Under the pieces are notes generated by a model, which worked only from the letters and a program-made list of their open reading frames with translations, was not told where the DNA came from and did no database searches. From Hydrurus foetidus (Eukaryota), in NCBI GenBank assembly GCA_900617105.1, contig UYFQ01000573.1, positions 1 through 43,018 of the forward strand: a stretch of 43,018 bases of DNA, read 5' to 3'. Made by a program: the position numbers and the translations under genes. This document shows, piece after piece, positions 14,885 through 26,762 of the stretch; position 1 is the first letter of the stretch, and each line of letters starts with the position of its first letter.

Positions 14885-17558
14885 CCATGTTTTCCAACTT
14901 CGGGAAGGACAACCGCGACAACATGGAGACTTTCCAAGTAGCGCTAGGTGAATGTGATCTTCTCACATTAGCCGATGGCCAAAGGACTGTTCCCATCTTG
15001 GCTACTCGGAACCCCGGAGGATATTCTGGAAAAACCCTTATATTCAAGGATGATGGGTCTTATGATGTCATCCCGGCGGATGACATTTACAAGAGAGTAC
15101 ATGATCTAAAACGACTTAAGGTTATTCTTAATGTTGTTACGGGCAAGGACCTCCATTACTTGATCAAACATGTTCTTACCGAGAACGATTCCGTTCAATG
15201 GTTTAAGATCATCTACGGTCACATAAACGGAACAAAGAATAGTGATATCAGGAAGGCAACAGACCAGCTCCATCAGCTCAAGCTTAAGCCCACGCAATCC
15301 ATTCAGGAGAACATGACAAACATTGAGGAAGCATTCAGAGTCCTTAATGTTGCAAGTGGCGTCACCATCACTGACGATCAGAAACTATATCACCTCCAAG
15401 AAAAACTTGAGCATGATTTACGCGTCAGCGTCTTATCGACAATGGCTTCTGCAAAGACATCTGCAGAGTCATATGACATCACTGTCAAGAGACTCATCAT
15501 CTTGGATCCCGCACCAACAACGGCTCACAAGATGGCATCCCTCACCACAAACAAAGAGTTGTGTCGGCGTCACATTGCCGGACTATGTACAAACGGTACC
15601 CAGTGCAAGTACTCGCATGCACCTACACCTCCCGTCAAAGGTGCACCGCTTACTCCAAAATCAAATGTCAAGAGTCCACCTCCTCATCCGAAGAACGATG
15701 GGAAGACTGGCACGGGCAAAACTCCGTACAAACCACCCTTCAAGAAACAGAAACTACTACTGTGCAAGCAAAATTCTTTGCTGCCATGACCATGTTTTCC
15801 AACTTCGGGAAGGACAACCGCGACAACATGGAGACTTTCCAAGTAGCGCTAGGTGAATGTGATCTTCTCACATTAGCCGATGGCCAAAGGACTGTTCCCA
15901 TCTTGGCTACTCGGAACCCCGGAGGATATTCTGAAAAACCCTTATATTCAAGGATGATGGGTCTTATGATGTCATCCCGGCGGATGACATTTACAAGAGA
16001 GTACATGATCTAAAACGACTTAAGGTTATTCTTAATGTTGTTACGGGCAAGGACCTCCATTACTTGATCAAACATGTTCTTACCGAGAACGATTCCGTTC
16101 AATGGTTTAAGATCATCTACGGTCACATAAACGGAACAAAGAATAGTGATATCAGGAAGGCAACAGACCAGCTCCATCAGCTCAAGCTTAAGCCCACGCA
16201 ATCCATTCAGGAGAACATGACAAACATTGAGGAAGCATTCAGAGTCCTTAATGTTGCAAGTGGCGTCACCATCACTGACGATCAGAAACTATATCACCTC
16301 CAAGAAAAACTTGAGCATGATTTACGCGTCAGCGTCTTATCGACAATGGCTTCTGCAAAGACATCTGCAGAGTCATATGACATCACTGTCAAGAGACTCA
16401 TCATCTTGGATCCCGCACCAACAACGGCTCACAAGATGGCATCCCTCACCACAAACAAAGAGTTGTGTCGGCGTCACATTGCCGGACTATGTACAAACGG
16501 TACCCAGTGCAAGTACTCGCATGCACCTACACCTCCCGTCAAAGGTGCACCGCTTACTCCAAAATCAAATGTCAAGAGTCCACCTCCTCATCCGAAGAAC
16601 GATGGGAAGACTGGCACGGGCAAAACTCCGTACAAACCACCCTTCAAGAAACAGAAACTACTACTGTGCAAGCAAAATTCTTTGCTGCCATGACCATGTT
16701 TTCCAACTTCGGGAAGGACAACCGCGACAACATGGAGACTTTCCAAGTAGCGCTAGGTGAATGTGATCTTCTCACATTAGCCGATGGCCAAAGGACTGTT
16801 CCCATCTTGGCTACTCGGAACCCCGGAGGATATTCTGGAAAAACCCTTATATTCAAGGATGATGGGTCTTATGATGTCATCCCGGCGGATGACATTTACA
16901 AGAGAGTACATGATCTAAAACGACTTAAGGTTATTCTTAATGTTGTTACGGGCAAGGACCTCCATTACTTGATCAAACATGTTCTTACCGAGAACGATTC
17001 CGTTCAATGGTTTAAGATCATCTACGGTCACATAAACGGAACAAAGAATAGCGATATCAGGAAAGCGACAGACCAGCTCCATCAGCTCAAGCTTAAGCCC
17101 ACGCAATCCATTCAGGAGAACATGACAAACATTGAGGAAGCATTCAGAGTCCTTAATGTTGCAAGTGGCGTCACCATCACTGACGATCAGAAACTATATC
17201 ACCTCCAAGAAAAACTTGAGCATGATTTACGCGTCAGCGTCTTATCGACAATGGCTTCTGCAAAGACATCTGCAGAGTCATATGACATCACTGTCAAGAG
17301 ACTCATCATCTTGGATCCCGCACCAACAACGGCTCACAAGATGGCATCCCTCACCACAAACAAAGAGTTGTGTCGGCGTCACATTGCCGGACTATGTACA
17401 AACGGTACCCAGTGCAAGTACTCGCATGCACCTACACCTCCCGTCAAAGGTGCACCGCTTACTCCAAAATCAAATGTCAAGAGTCCACCTCCTCATCCGA
17501 AGAACGATGGGAAGACTGGCACGGGCAAAACTCCGTACAAACCACCCTTCAAGAAACA
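13940..17558 (+). repeat. Four tandem copies of a ~905-bp gag segment (starts 13940, 14845, 15750, 16654)
   Basis: Each unit starts GAAACTACTACTGTGCAAGC and ends CTTCAAGAAACA; lengths 905, 905, 904, 905. Confidence 0.95.
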
Positions 17559-18664
17559 CCTTGTCGTCTCCGAAGACCATCGTGCACTTGTCGGACACCC
17601 TCGTGGCAAGCCCTCCAACACCAACCCAGCTGGATATTCACTCAACCAGCTCACATCCATCAGGACATTGCAGTCCGCTGATGCTGATGGATGGGCAACT
17701 GGAGACCCAGAATACTTCAGTGGTAGTGCAAGTGTCCCTCATACTGAGTGGTTCAATGTGTTTGAGTACCACCGACACATTCGTGGCCCTGGACGAGCAG
17801 TTGGCCATATGGTGTCCATGTATCCGGCAGTTTACCACTTGGATCCATCTCCTCTCATCACGGATATTAAGCTGATCATCCAGACCATCCGCAGGTCAAT
17901 TACGACTTACAACAAAAGTATATCGAACATCATAGACCTGACTCAGGATGATGTAACTTTTGCGATGACTGGTCTTGAAGCTTACCTAAGCAGCTCCTCC
18001 ACAAGTCAACAGTCAATCCAACTATTTGTAGCATTCACATAGCTTTCGACATCCCCTCCATCACTGATGCATTCCGCATCAGGCATGATGTACGAAATGG
18101 ATCCAAGGACCTCATGCGCGTGTTATATAAAGTCGGCAATCGATTCCTTGATGCCGACATTGAGCTTCTAGACAAAGAAGTGGCAACAGATGCTAGCTAC
18201 ATGACATTCAACCCGTCATCCAGCATCTACTACCATCCCAATGTACCAGGACATTATCAGTCTACGATGAAGAACATTGAGAGATACTTCACAGCAGCTG
18301 AGTATGTACATCAGAATGTAACACACATTGTTACATCTGATATCATAAACCCCGCCATAGTATATGACTTCATGTCATATACTGCACTAACCATCCGTGA
18401 CACAACCTCATCTGGTGGGACAGTAGTTCAGTCCAAGAACAGTATGAAGTTCACACTGTCCCAGTATGAAGAGAGCCCCACTCACTCCCATCACTCAGTT
18501 CCACAGAGCCTTCAGAGCTGTTGTGGACAACATCAAGACTGCACCACCACCTCCTGATATGCAGAAGATGATTCCCACACAGTCACCTATTGTGTTCAGC
18601 CGGATGAGTGCACCGCAACCAGAGGATATGATGTCTGAGACCACCACTCAGTCACCTGCACGCA

Positions 18665-21600
18665 ATGATTGTGACGAGGAGTATGAAGACTATGAGAGCG
18701 ACACTGGAGCAGAAGCATTCGTTGCCGATAGCATCGAAAGAGAACGCCTCAAAGACATCGTTGAGAAATCTGATGGTAACATCAAATTTCGCCACCCTGA
18801 GCGTTTTGAGGCATCATCAATCAAGAAAGCTAGAGATGACCAATCAAGACGTTCAATGTCATCTGAATCATCCAAACGCACTCCTTCTCCAGAGAAGAAA
18901 TGTCGTCATGGTGAAGCAGGCAAAAAGTCACCTCCACCTCAACGCAAGCGGACCTCATTCGAAGATGAGAATGTTGTTGACATCACGTCACCCACCCCTT
19001 ACAGCTGGCTCACACACTTCCTCCACTGCATATGAATCATCTGCACCTGATTCATCTCCATATGATGTTCATCCCGCCATCTCTCCATTGGCTGAGAAGT
19101 CTCTTAAGAAGATGAAGCCATCAAAGAGCTCATTCAAGAAGTCACCATCATCATCAAATGCAAATTTGAAACTTCTTACGGTTACAAACCAAAAGTACTC
19201 CATTATGTCAATGAGCAATGATGCAGACCGCATCATCATTGACAGTGGAGCTTCGACATCCGGTACAGGACTCAAATCAAAGCTCATTAACATCAAGCTT
19301 ACATCCTGTAGCGTGACAGCAGCTTTTGGGGAGTCACTGCAGCCAACTGAAACCGGACTCCTCCCACCACTCATGCTCGAGACGATCATCATTGATCAGA
19401 TGAAGGCCACTACACTTCTCTCTGTCTCCCAAGCTTGTGCTCAAGGTCTCATTGGTGTCTTCACCACAAAGGACTGCAAGTTCTTCCACGCCAAAAATGT
19501 CATACCACATCTTCAAGCCTTGTCGAAGAGTGCAATCCCGGTTATCACCGGAAAGGTAGAGGACGGTCTCCACCTCATGGACTCCAAGTGAGTCCCAAAA
19601 GCTTGACTCTTGGTTACGAGTGTAAAAGAGCTTTCAATATATGACCACGTGCATCGTGTGCTCGGACACCCTGGCGAAGAGGGTATGGCCTGGCACCGAC
19701 AGCACACCATCGGAGCAAACTACTTCAACTTGGACGCCTCCACTCCAAGGCCAATATGCGCAGCATGCGTACAAGGAACGATGCGACAGACGTCAACGGA
19801 CTATCTTCGTATTCACCGTCCACCGTCGCCTTGTTATGGCAGTCAGTTCACACTCGACGCATACACACATACACACCGGTCACAGGCCGGTTATAAGTAC
19901 TGCGATATTGTCACAGACTTGTCTACAAGACGAAGCTATCCCTGCTTCACTAAAGACCGGAAAGCTGCAGAACTTTGCAAAAGTTTCTCAACCCTCTTCC
20001 AATCACATCCAGAGTGAAAGACATCTCTTCCAGACATAGACCGATTTATCAGAGCCGACGCTGGAATATCGTACCGGTCAGCGGAGTTCCTCCAATGCCT
20101 TTACAACTTTGGATATCGATTGGAACCGACACCACCTCGCGACAAACATGCAAATGGAATTGCAGAGCGTGCAGTCGGTGTACTTTCAATGAAGTGCAAC
20201 ATAACCATGCAACCCCTTGGTACTAGGGTACCACAGAAATATTGGGATTTAGCATTTGAGTATACATGCGTTACACACGCCTTCAATTATCACTCTGCTA
20301 TCAAGACGTCTCCATACCATCTTATCACTGGGAAACATGTAATTCTCAAGAACCTTAAAGTTTTTTGGAGTTTATGTTAGGTGCACATCGCGCTTGAAGA
20401 CAGGAAAGGCAAAATCGGTTTCCCTAGGGCATACGAAGCAAGATTCGTCGGGTATGATCTATCCAGGACGCTTGAACCGAGCTTCAAGGTCATTGAGATA
20501 CTTCCAACCGGAATCTACGGCGAAATTAGGACAAGTAAGGATGTTATTTTCCATAAAGATACTAACTATAATAATACGGACGAGTACCCATCCGATCTTG
20601 ATTTTACATCCCTACACCAGAATATCAACAATAATATCTCTGCAGTCCCACCTGCTACTGCTGTAGTTCGAATTGATTCTGAACAACACATTGCAACTCC
20701 TGCTATTGCGATACACCCTGTACCTCTAGCAGCTTGCACTCATCAGGACCAATTGAAAGAAAAACAGCTTCCAAATACAGTGAATAATAATATTATTAAT
20801 TCCAAAGTTAATAAAAAAAAAACGAGATAAATTAATGTGAAATCAACCAAACAAAAACAAGTTTCATTTGATTTAAATCCTGTCAGTATAATTCCCAATA
20901 ATGAATCCGACGTCAATGAAAATAATATTGGTATTAAGACACCAATACGTAACATTGAAAATGACGATGCAATTTATTGGTGTTCTACACAAGTCAAGAA
21001 TCATGAACATTTTTTGTCGTTGATTGAAGCAAGTCATCACGAAAAACTATTCATAAATTTCGAAACAATAAATATACCCAAAACATTCTGGAAAGCTATG
21101 GCTATACCGGAATGGAAAAATGAATTAAAAAAATCAAATGACACCAAATTAAAAAAATTCCAAAAAAATCATTGTCTTGAAATAGTTCCATACACTGAAC
21201 AACATCTAGTACCGATGATGTGGCTTTTCAGTACTAAAACTGACGGTACGAAGAAGGCCCGTTTAGTGGGACGGGGAGATATGATGATACCACTCGTGGA
21301 CTTCGATCCCGATGCCGTATACTGCGATGTATCATCGTGTTCAAAAAGATGGCAATATGCATAGCAGCTGCATATGGACTAGTAATGAGAGGTGGTGACC
21401 TCATTGGTGCTTACCTCATCACAAGAGCTAATGCAGACTTCCCTGTGCATATCAAGACCCCTCAGGGATATAAATGCCCTCCCGGTTTCTGTTTTCAGGC
21501 TGTAGGCAATCTTTATGGATTCCCACCTGCAGGGCAGAACTTTTCCATAGAATTTGACAAATGCATCTTAGAGTGTGGTTACAAGAACACACCATGCGAT

Positions 21601-22863
21601 CTTAAGTTCTTCTTCAAATGGACATCGGATGGTAGCACACAGTGATGACTTCAGGTGGTTTGGTCCGCCAGACAAACTTGATGAGTGGGAGCTTATCATC
21701 GCCACATTCGATACACACAAATACGAAGTTTCCATTGCAACTGACAAGGAGTTCGCTGGCATTCGCATTTTACGTGATGAAGATGGCACTTATTACATGG
21801 ATCAACATAGAATGATTGATTCTATAATAAAAGAAGCGAATATATCTGGTGCTAAGGATATGCACTTACCATACCCTACCGGAGACCAAGAGCCACCATT
21901 GTCTAAATTAGACAACGCATCCTCCCCAGAGGAACGTACGCAGTGTTCAAAGTACCCGTTGTAGCTCGAATGGGAAAAGGAAGAGGTGGAAGGCTAGAAG
22001 AGGTAGTTAGTTACAGCAGGGTGCTAGAAGCTAGGGTTAACTTCTACGTGGAGGCTGTAAGTGGCTACGACGATACAACAGACTGTAGTGTACGGTGGGT
22101 AGTGTACCGTAGTACTATCCGGTAGGATCGGGACCTTGGACCCGGAACTACCACACCGTACAGGAGGGTCGTGGGTCAACTCATGTACGGTATGGTACAT
22201 ACCATGATCGGCATTCTGTATGCACTCAATGTACTTTCCAGATATGGTAATAATCCTGGACCAAGACATATCAAATTCCTCAAACACTTATAGCAATACG
22301 TAAAGTATGCAAAAAGCGATCGACTAGTGTTTCACGGACACGATGGCCCCAGAGACATCGAAACCATGACATCACTATTACAATTCCGGTTCCAATGCGA
22401 TGCAGATCTAGGTGGCAATCCAGATAATAGCCACTCTCAGACTGCATATCTTGGATATCTCGGCCGTAACCTTATCTGCTGGTGCTCCACCGACCAAGGC
22501 AGTATATCCACATCAACGGCAGAGTCGGAAATTAAGGCTGTCAACCATACACTCAAGGCGGAGGTCATAGCCAACAGAGGCATCCTTACCATGATGGAAT
22601 GGATCCAAGGTGCGACTCCTATTGAAGAAGACAACCAGGCCTGTATATATCATTCAAAGGCAACTCATATGACACGCAACCTACGGCACCTCGACCTCAC
22701 TGAAAACTGGGTTAAAGAGAAGGTTGCCGATGGTACTTGCGGAGTCATAAAAGTTAATTCATGCGATAATAATTCAGATATTGGTACTAAAAGAGTTTTA
22801 TTACCAATTTTCAATAAACTACTAAATCAAATAATTGATCAGTCTCAGAGACGAAATCTATAA
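18665..22863 (+). pseudogene. pol: Copia pol: protease, GAG-pre-integrase, integrase, RT, RNase H; fragmented
   Basis: IIIDSGAS (PR); HRVLGHPG..CAAC; HANGIAERAV (IN); KKARLVGRGD, GDLIGAYL, NLYG, HSDD (RT); CDADLGG, STSTAESE, EEDNQAC, NNSDIGTK (RH). Multiple stops and frameshifts. Confidence 0.9.
21960..22155. mobile_element. 196-bp solo-LTR-like insertion in Copia RT
   Basis: Starts TGTAG, ends CCACA, flanked by CCGT duplication (21956-21959, 22156-22159). Removing it restores KYPYRRVVGQLMY in frame. Confidence 0.85.
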
Positions 22864-22988
22864 ATAGTACTTCATTAATTCAGTATAAATACTATCTCTG
22901 CATTGATCACGCATATACTGTATTGTTATTTTATTACATAAGTAGCTCATAAGTAAATATGCATTATTCTACACTACATCTTCACTAC

Positions 22989-22994
22989 GGGGAG
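22989..22994 (+). promoter_or_regulatory. Short polypurine tract GGGGAG
   Basis: Directly precedes the TG of the 3' LTR, typical of Copia. Confidence 0.7.
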
Positions 22995-23792
22995 TGTCAG
23001 ACTACCTGATTCTCTCAAGTTATTTCTGTAGTAATATAGTTGCAAATGTAGTTATAATTACATACGTGTACGTTATGCGGCACGTACATACGTTCATACA
23101 TATAGGTATAGTAACATATATACGTACGCATGTACTTACACATATATGTACATATCAATATGCGTGTACGTACGCGTATGTACGTACGCATGCATGTTAA
23201 CACAAACATACACATGATATCAAACGCACGTACACATGTACTTACATGTATGTGTTCATATTATTATGTATGTATGCGCATACACGTACTTATTCATGTA
23301 CGTTAATATCACTATAAATGTACGTACGCTTGCACGTGTACAGTGAAAGGCGTATATGTACGTTCGCACGTACGTAAGTACAACCGTATTTATCTATACA
23401 CGTTCATATATACACCTGTATGTACACCGTACTAACGCCGAGTAGCAGTTTGTACGTACCCTCTCATCACGTACACAAATAGTCGTTGGATTTTCATGAT
23501 CCTCATCATCGCCGAATCACTTCGTTACATCATGCTTCATGCAATGTTCCTCAAGCACATGCTATGCATACTACACAGCTCTGTGATTGCTTTCTCAAGG
23601 TAGATCTCGTTGTCATGAGATGTTTTGATGACTCTTTTGTGTGGCTATCTGTAAACTCTAAGCAGAACTTAATACGTTGTACTTCACAGTATCGTCTACT
23701 CGATAGCTCCCTGATTTGAGAAGCTAATCTGCAGCTTCTTCTCCATCTTCGCTGCGAGCGCTAGAAAGTGACAACTGTTCTATAGTCTTACA
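22995..23792 (+). repeat. 3' LTR (798 bp)
   Basis: TGTCAGAC...GTCTTACA followed by TSD GTAGC. Confidence 0.95.
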
Positions 23793-26710
23793 GTAGCACT
23801 GTGCAGGTCTACCACGAATACAACAACTACCTCAGCAATTCTTTGGAGTGTACCGCAACTGACATTTATCCAACTACTCTAGTGATGGCCATCAATCGAG
23901 CAGCAAGATTCCATCGAGGGGCAAGGAAGAGCGCACTGCAATCTGTGATGGTGACTCCCCGTATGGCACTTACGGCGAAGAACACCGGTGAACAAGGTGG
24001 TCTCCCAAAGGGGGACCAACCACTAGCCAAAGAAAAGGGCAAGAAGATTGAGGGCACAAAGATTAATGAGCCAAAAGTGAAGTTCGCGAAAGAATCGAAG
24101 GAAAACAAGTTCACGAGAAACTGCTACTACAGTAAAAAAGTTGGGCACCGCGCTAGTGAGTGCAGAAGGAAGGCGGCGGATGAGGCCGATTCAACACCGA
24201 AAGCGTCACATCTAGCTGTAAGACAAACCGACGGAGATGACCCCAGTGATCAAGATAATGTTTACACATCTTTTGGCCAAATGTGGGATCAAGAGGTTAA
24301 TGAGAGTCAATATGGCGACAGGCACTGTAGTGTGCGCCTCACCACCCTACCTGTGGGACTCGCAATCCTCGGTCCTCGGACTGAATTTTCTGCAAACCAA
24401 AACATCAACCAACAAAGCACCTCCGAGGCCATATTTGACATAGGAGCTACTGGCACCATCATAACACGTGCAGATGCGCTGACTGACATTGCGACATGCA
24501 CTCCAACTGTGTTCAAAGGCTTTCATGGTTCACTAACTGTAACTGAAGCGGGACTTCTTCGAGACATTGGCATTGTTCATTTTGATCCGCGAGCTGGACT
24601 TTCCATCGTCCCGGCATCGGACTGCCTGTTGCAAGGACACAATTGGAAATTTCGCCAGGGTTCCGCAATAGATCAGGACGCATATTTCTCCACACTGATC
24701 GAGACACCTACAAATTCCAACATCGTGGAGGGCTATATGTCACAGATTTGGCAACACCTCCAGAGGCGAGATATTCCGACGCCATAGAGCGCAGAAATGG
24801 ATATGCTCGTGCCGTAGTTGTCAAAACACCATCAGCAAACATATTTTACTCTACTACGCTTGCAACAACGGGAGCAAACGAGTCAAAATTCACGAAACGC
24901 GAAGTTCAAAGAAGCGTCACTGCACGAACTTTGCAGGCGAGCTTGGGATTCCCACCCGATCAGAAATTCATTTCTGCTTTGAGGGCTGAGACGTTTCTCA
25001 ACTGCGACATCTTACCAGAAGACATCGCACGTGCCACAGCAATTTGGGGGGCAAACGGCAAACACTGCTTCGCTCAAAATACACACGATTTAGCTGAGGC
25101 CTTTGCCACCACCACAACTACCGACAATGGCCCGCCACTTCGACTAACATATACATTATGATATCATGTTCATAAATAGGCAGCCATTTCTGGTTTCAAT
25201 TACTCACCCATTGGGAGTCGTTTTGGTGTTACCAGAGCATAAAGCGTTGTTCGGAATCATCGGGTCCCGACGCATTTCCATCTTAAAAATTACAAGTGAC
25301 AATGAACGCGGCATTGCGGTACTAGTCAACGACATGAACGCCATGAGTGTCGAGGTCATTACAGTCGGTCCCGGACAATACGATCATATTATTGAGCGCA
25401 TGATCAGACATCTAAAAAAGACTATCCGTTGTATCATCTTCAGTCTACTGTACCTGCTACCAGATGTACTGAAGATGTCGCACCTCGTCATGAGCTCAGC
25501 CAGAAGTCTTTTACTCGTTCCCTCATTAACGAGAACAGATAGGATCGAAGCATTTTTTGGAAGGAAGGCGGACACGATATAAGATATTGGACCGGCATTC
25601 GGCTCATATTGCCAAGTTACCGCACGGGTGGTTAGCAACAGCATGGATCCAAGAACCGTCAGATGCCTGTACCTGGAGCCAAAGACGAATGAAACAGGCA
25701 CTCATACCTTCATGCGCATTGATACAAGGAGCATCATACAAGGAGCATCATAGATACAAGGAGGATCGTTAGCACCACACCACTCGTCACCACCACCATG
25801 AATGGGTGGGCATCGAAGAACAAGACTTACACATCGCAAGAACCGGTATTCACTTTCCATGATGTTGAGATCACTGGAGATATCAACGATGATGTGGTAA
25901 CCTTAAGAACCGGTACCAACGATCCGATTCCGACACCTACCCACCATACAACTGGTGATCCCGGATGAAACCGACACCCCTGATACCATGATGGAACCTC
26001 AAATTACTACTGACCAATTCGAGATTCGGGGTGAAATGGAATGAGTGGGTGCTGAAAATAATAGTACTACAACTACTAACGATGGATCCGGGCCAGAAAC
26101 TAATTTTGAACCTGTACCGGGGGAGCAACCAGAGGCACCACCTACCACCGTGCGTACGTACGTGCCGAGTGCACCTACTGAAATGCGGGAGAAATCAACG
26201 AGAATCAGGAACCCGCCAGACAGACTCAACTTAGTAGTTGAGAAACTACCTATTTCAACGTGGAAAGGAGGAATTAGGGCTGAGCGGTCACTAATGACGT
26301 CACCCGTGCACTGAAACTTTTTCCGGACAAGGCTACCACAGCCATTGAGTCGGAGGTCAAATCGCTACTTACAAAATGTGCACATGGAACAGCTATCACC
26401 TACTCAGAGGCAGAAGATACTGCGTTCAAACATGAATGTTGTGGAGAAATATTCCTCAACGCTAAACTCAAATGGTGATCGACAAGGTAAAGGCACGGTT
26501 CTGCGTGGACGGGCGAGCTCAAATCAGAGAGGACTACAAAGCAGATGAAGTTGAGTCACCGACAGCGATCATAGCTTCCATGTTTACAGTTGCACAGATT
26601 GCTGCTGTAGAAAACCGTTTCATTATGGTCGGGGACGTTGGGTCCGCGTACCTCAACGCTAAGATGCCTAAGGAAAAACCGGATAAAATCCTACATAATA
26701 TAAAGGAAGG

Positions 26711-26762
26711 AGAATAAAATGGTTCCTGATTAGTATGGACTAAAAAGGAACCATTTTATTCT
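26711..26762. repeat. Perfect 17-bp inverted repeat (hairpin) where the outer Copia breaks off
   Basis: AGAATAAAATGGTTCCT (26711-26727) / AGGAACCATTTTATTCT (26746-26762). Confidence 0.8.

Larger units (their letters stand above)
12563..23792 (+). mobile_element. Full-length Ty1/Copia LTR retrotransposon (inner element), coding-defective
   Basis: TG..CA LTRs at both ends, perfect 5-bp TSD GTAGC (12558-12562, 23793-23797), PBS, PPT, domain order gag-PR-IN-RT-RH. Confidence 0.95.
11991..26717 (+). mobile_element. Old degenerate Ty1/Copia retrotransposon (outer element), split at 12562/23798 by the inner Copia and 3'-truncated within RT; no LTRs recognised
   Basis: Gag-like fragments 11991-12562 continue after the TSD. 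Decayed knuckle CYYSKKVGHRASEC, protease AIFDIGATG, LGFPPD..LNCDILPEDIARATAIWG, integrase DIMFINRQPFLVSI / SDNE / IERMIR, RT KVKARFCVDG..ESPT..GDVGSAYLNA. Many stops and frameshifts. Confidence 0.8.
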
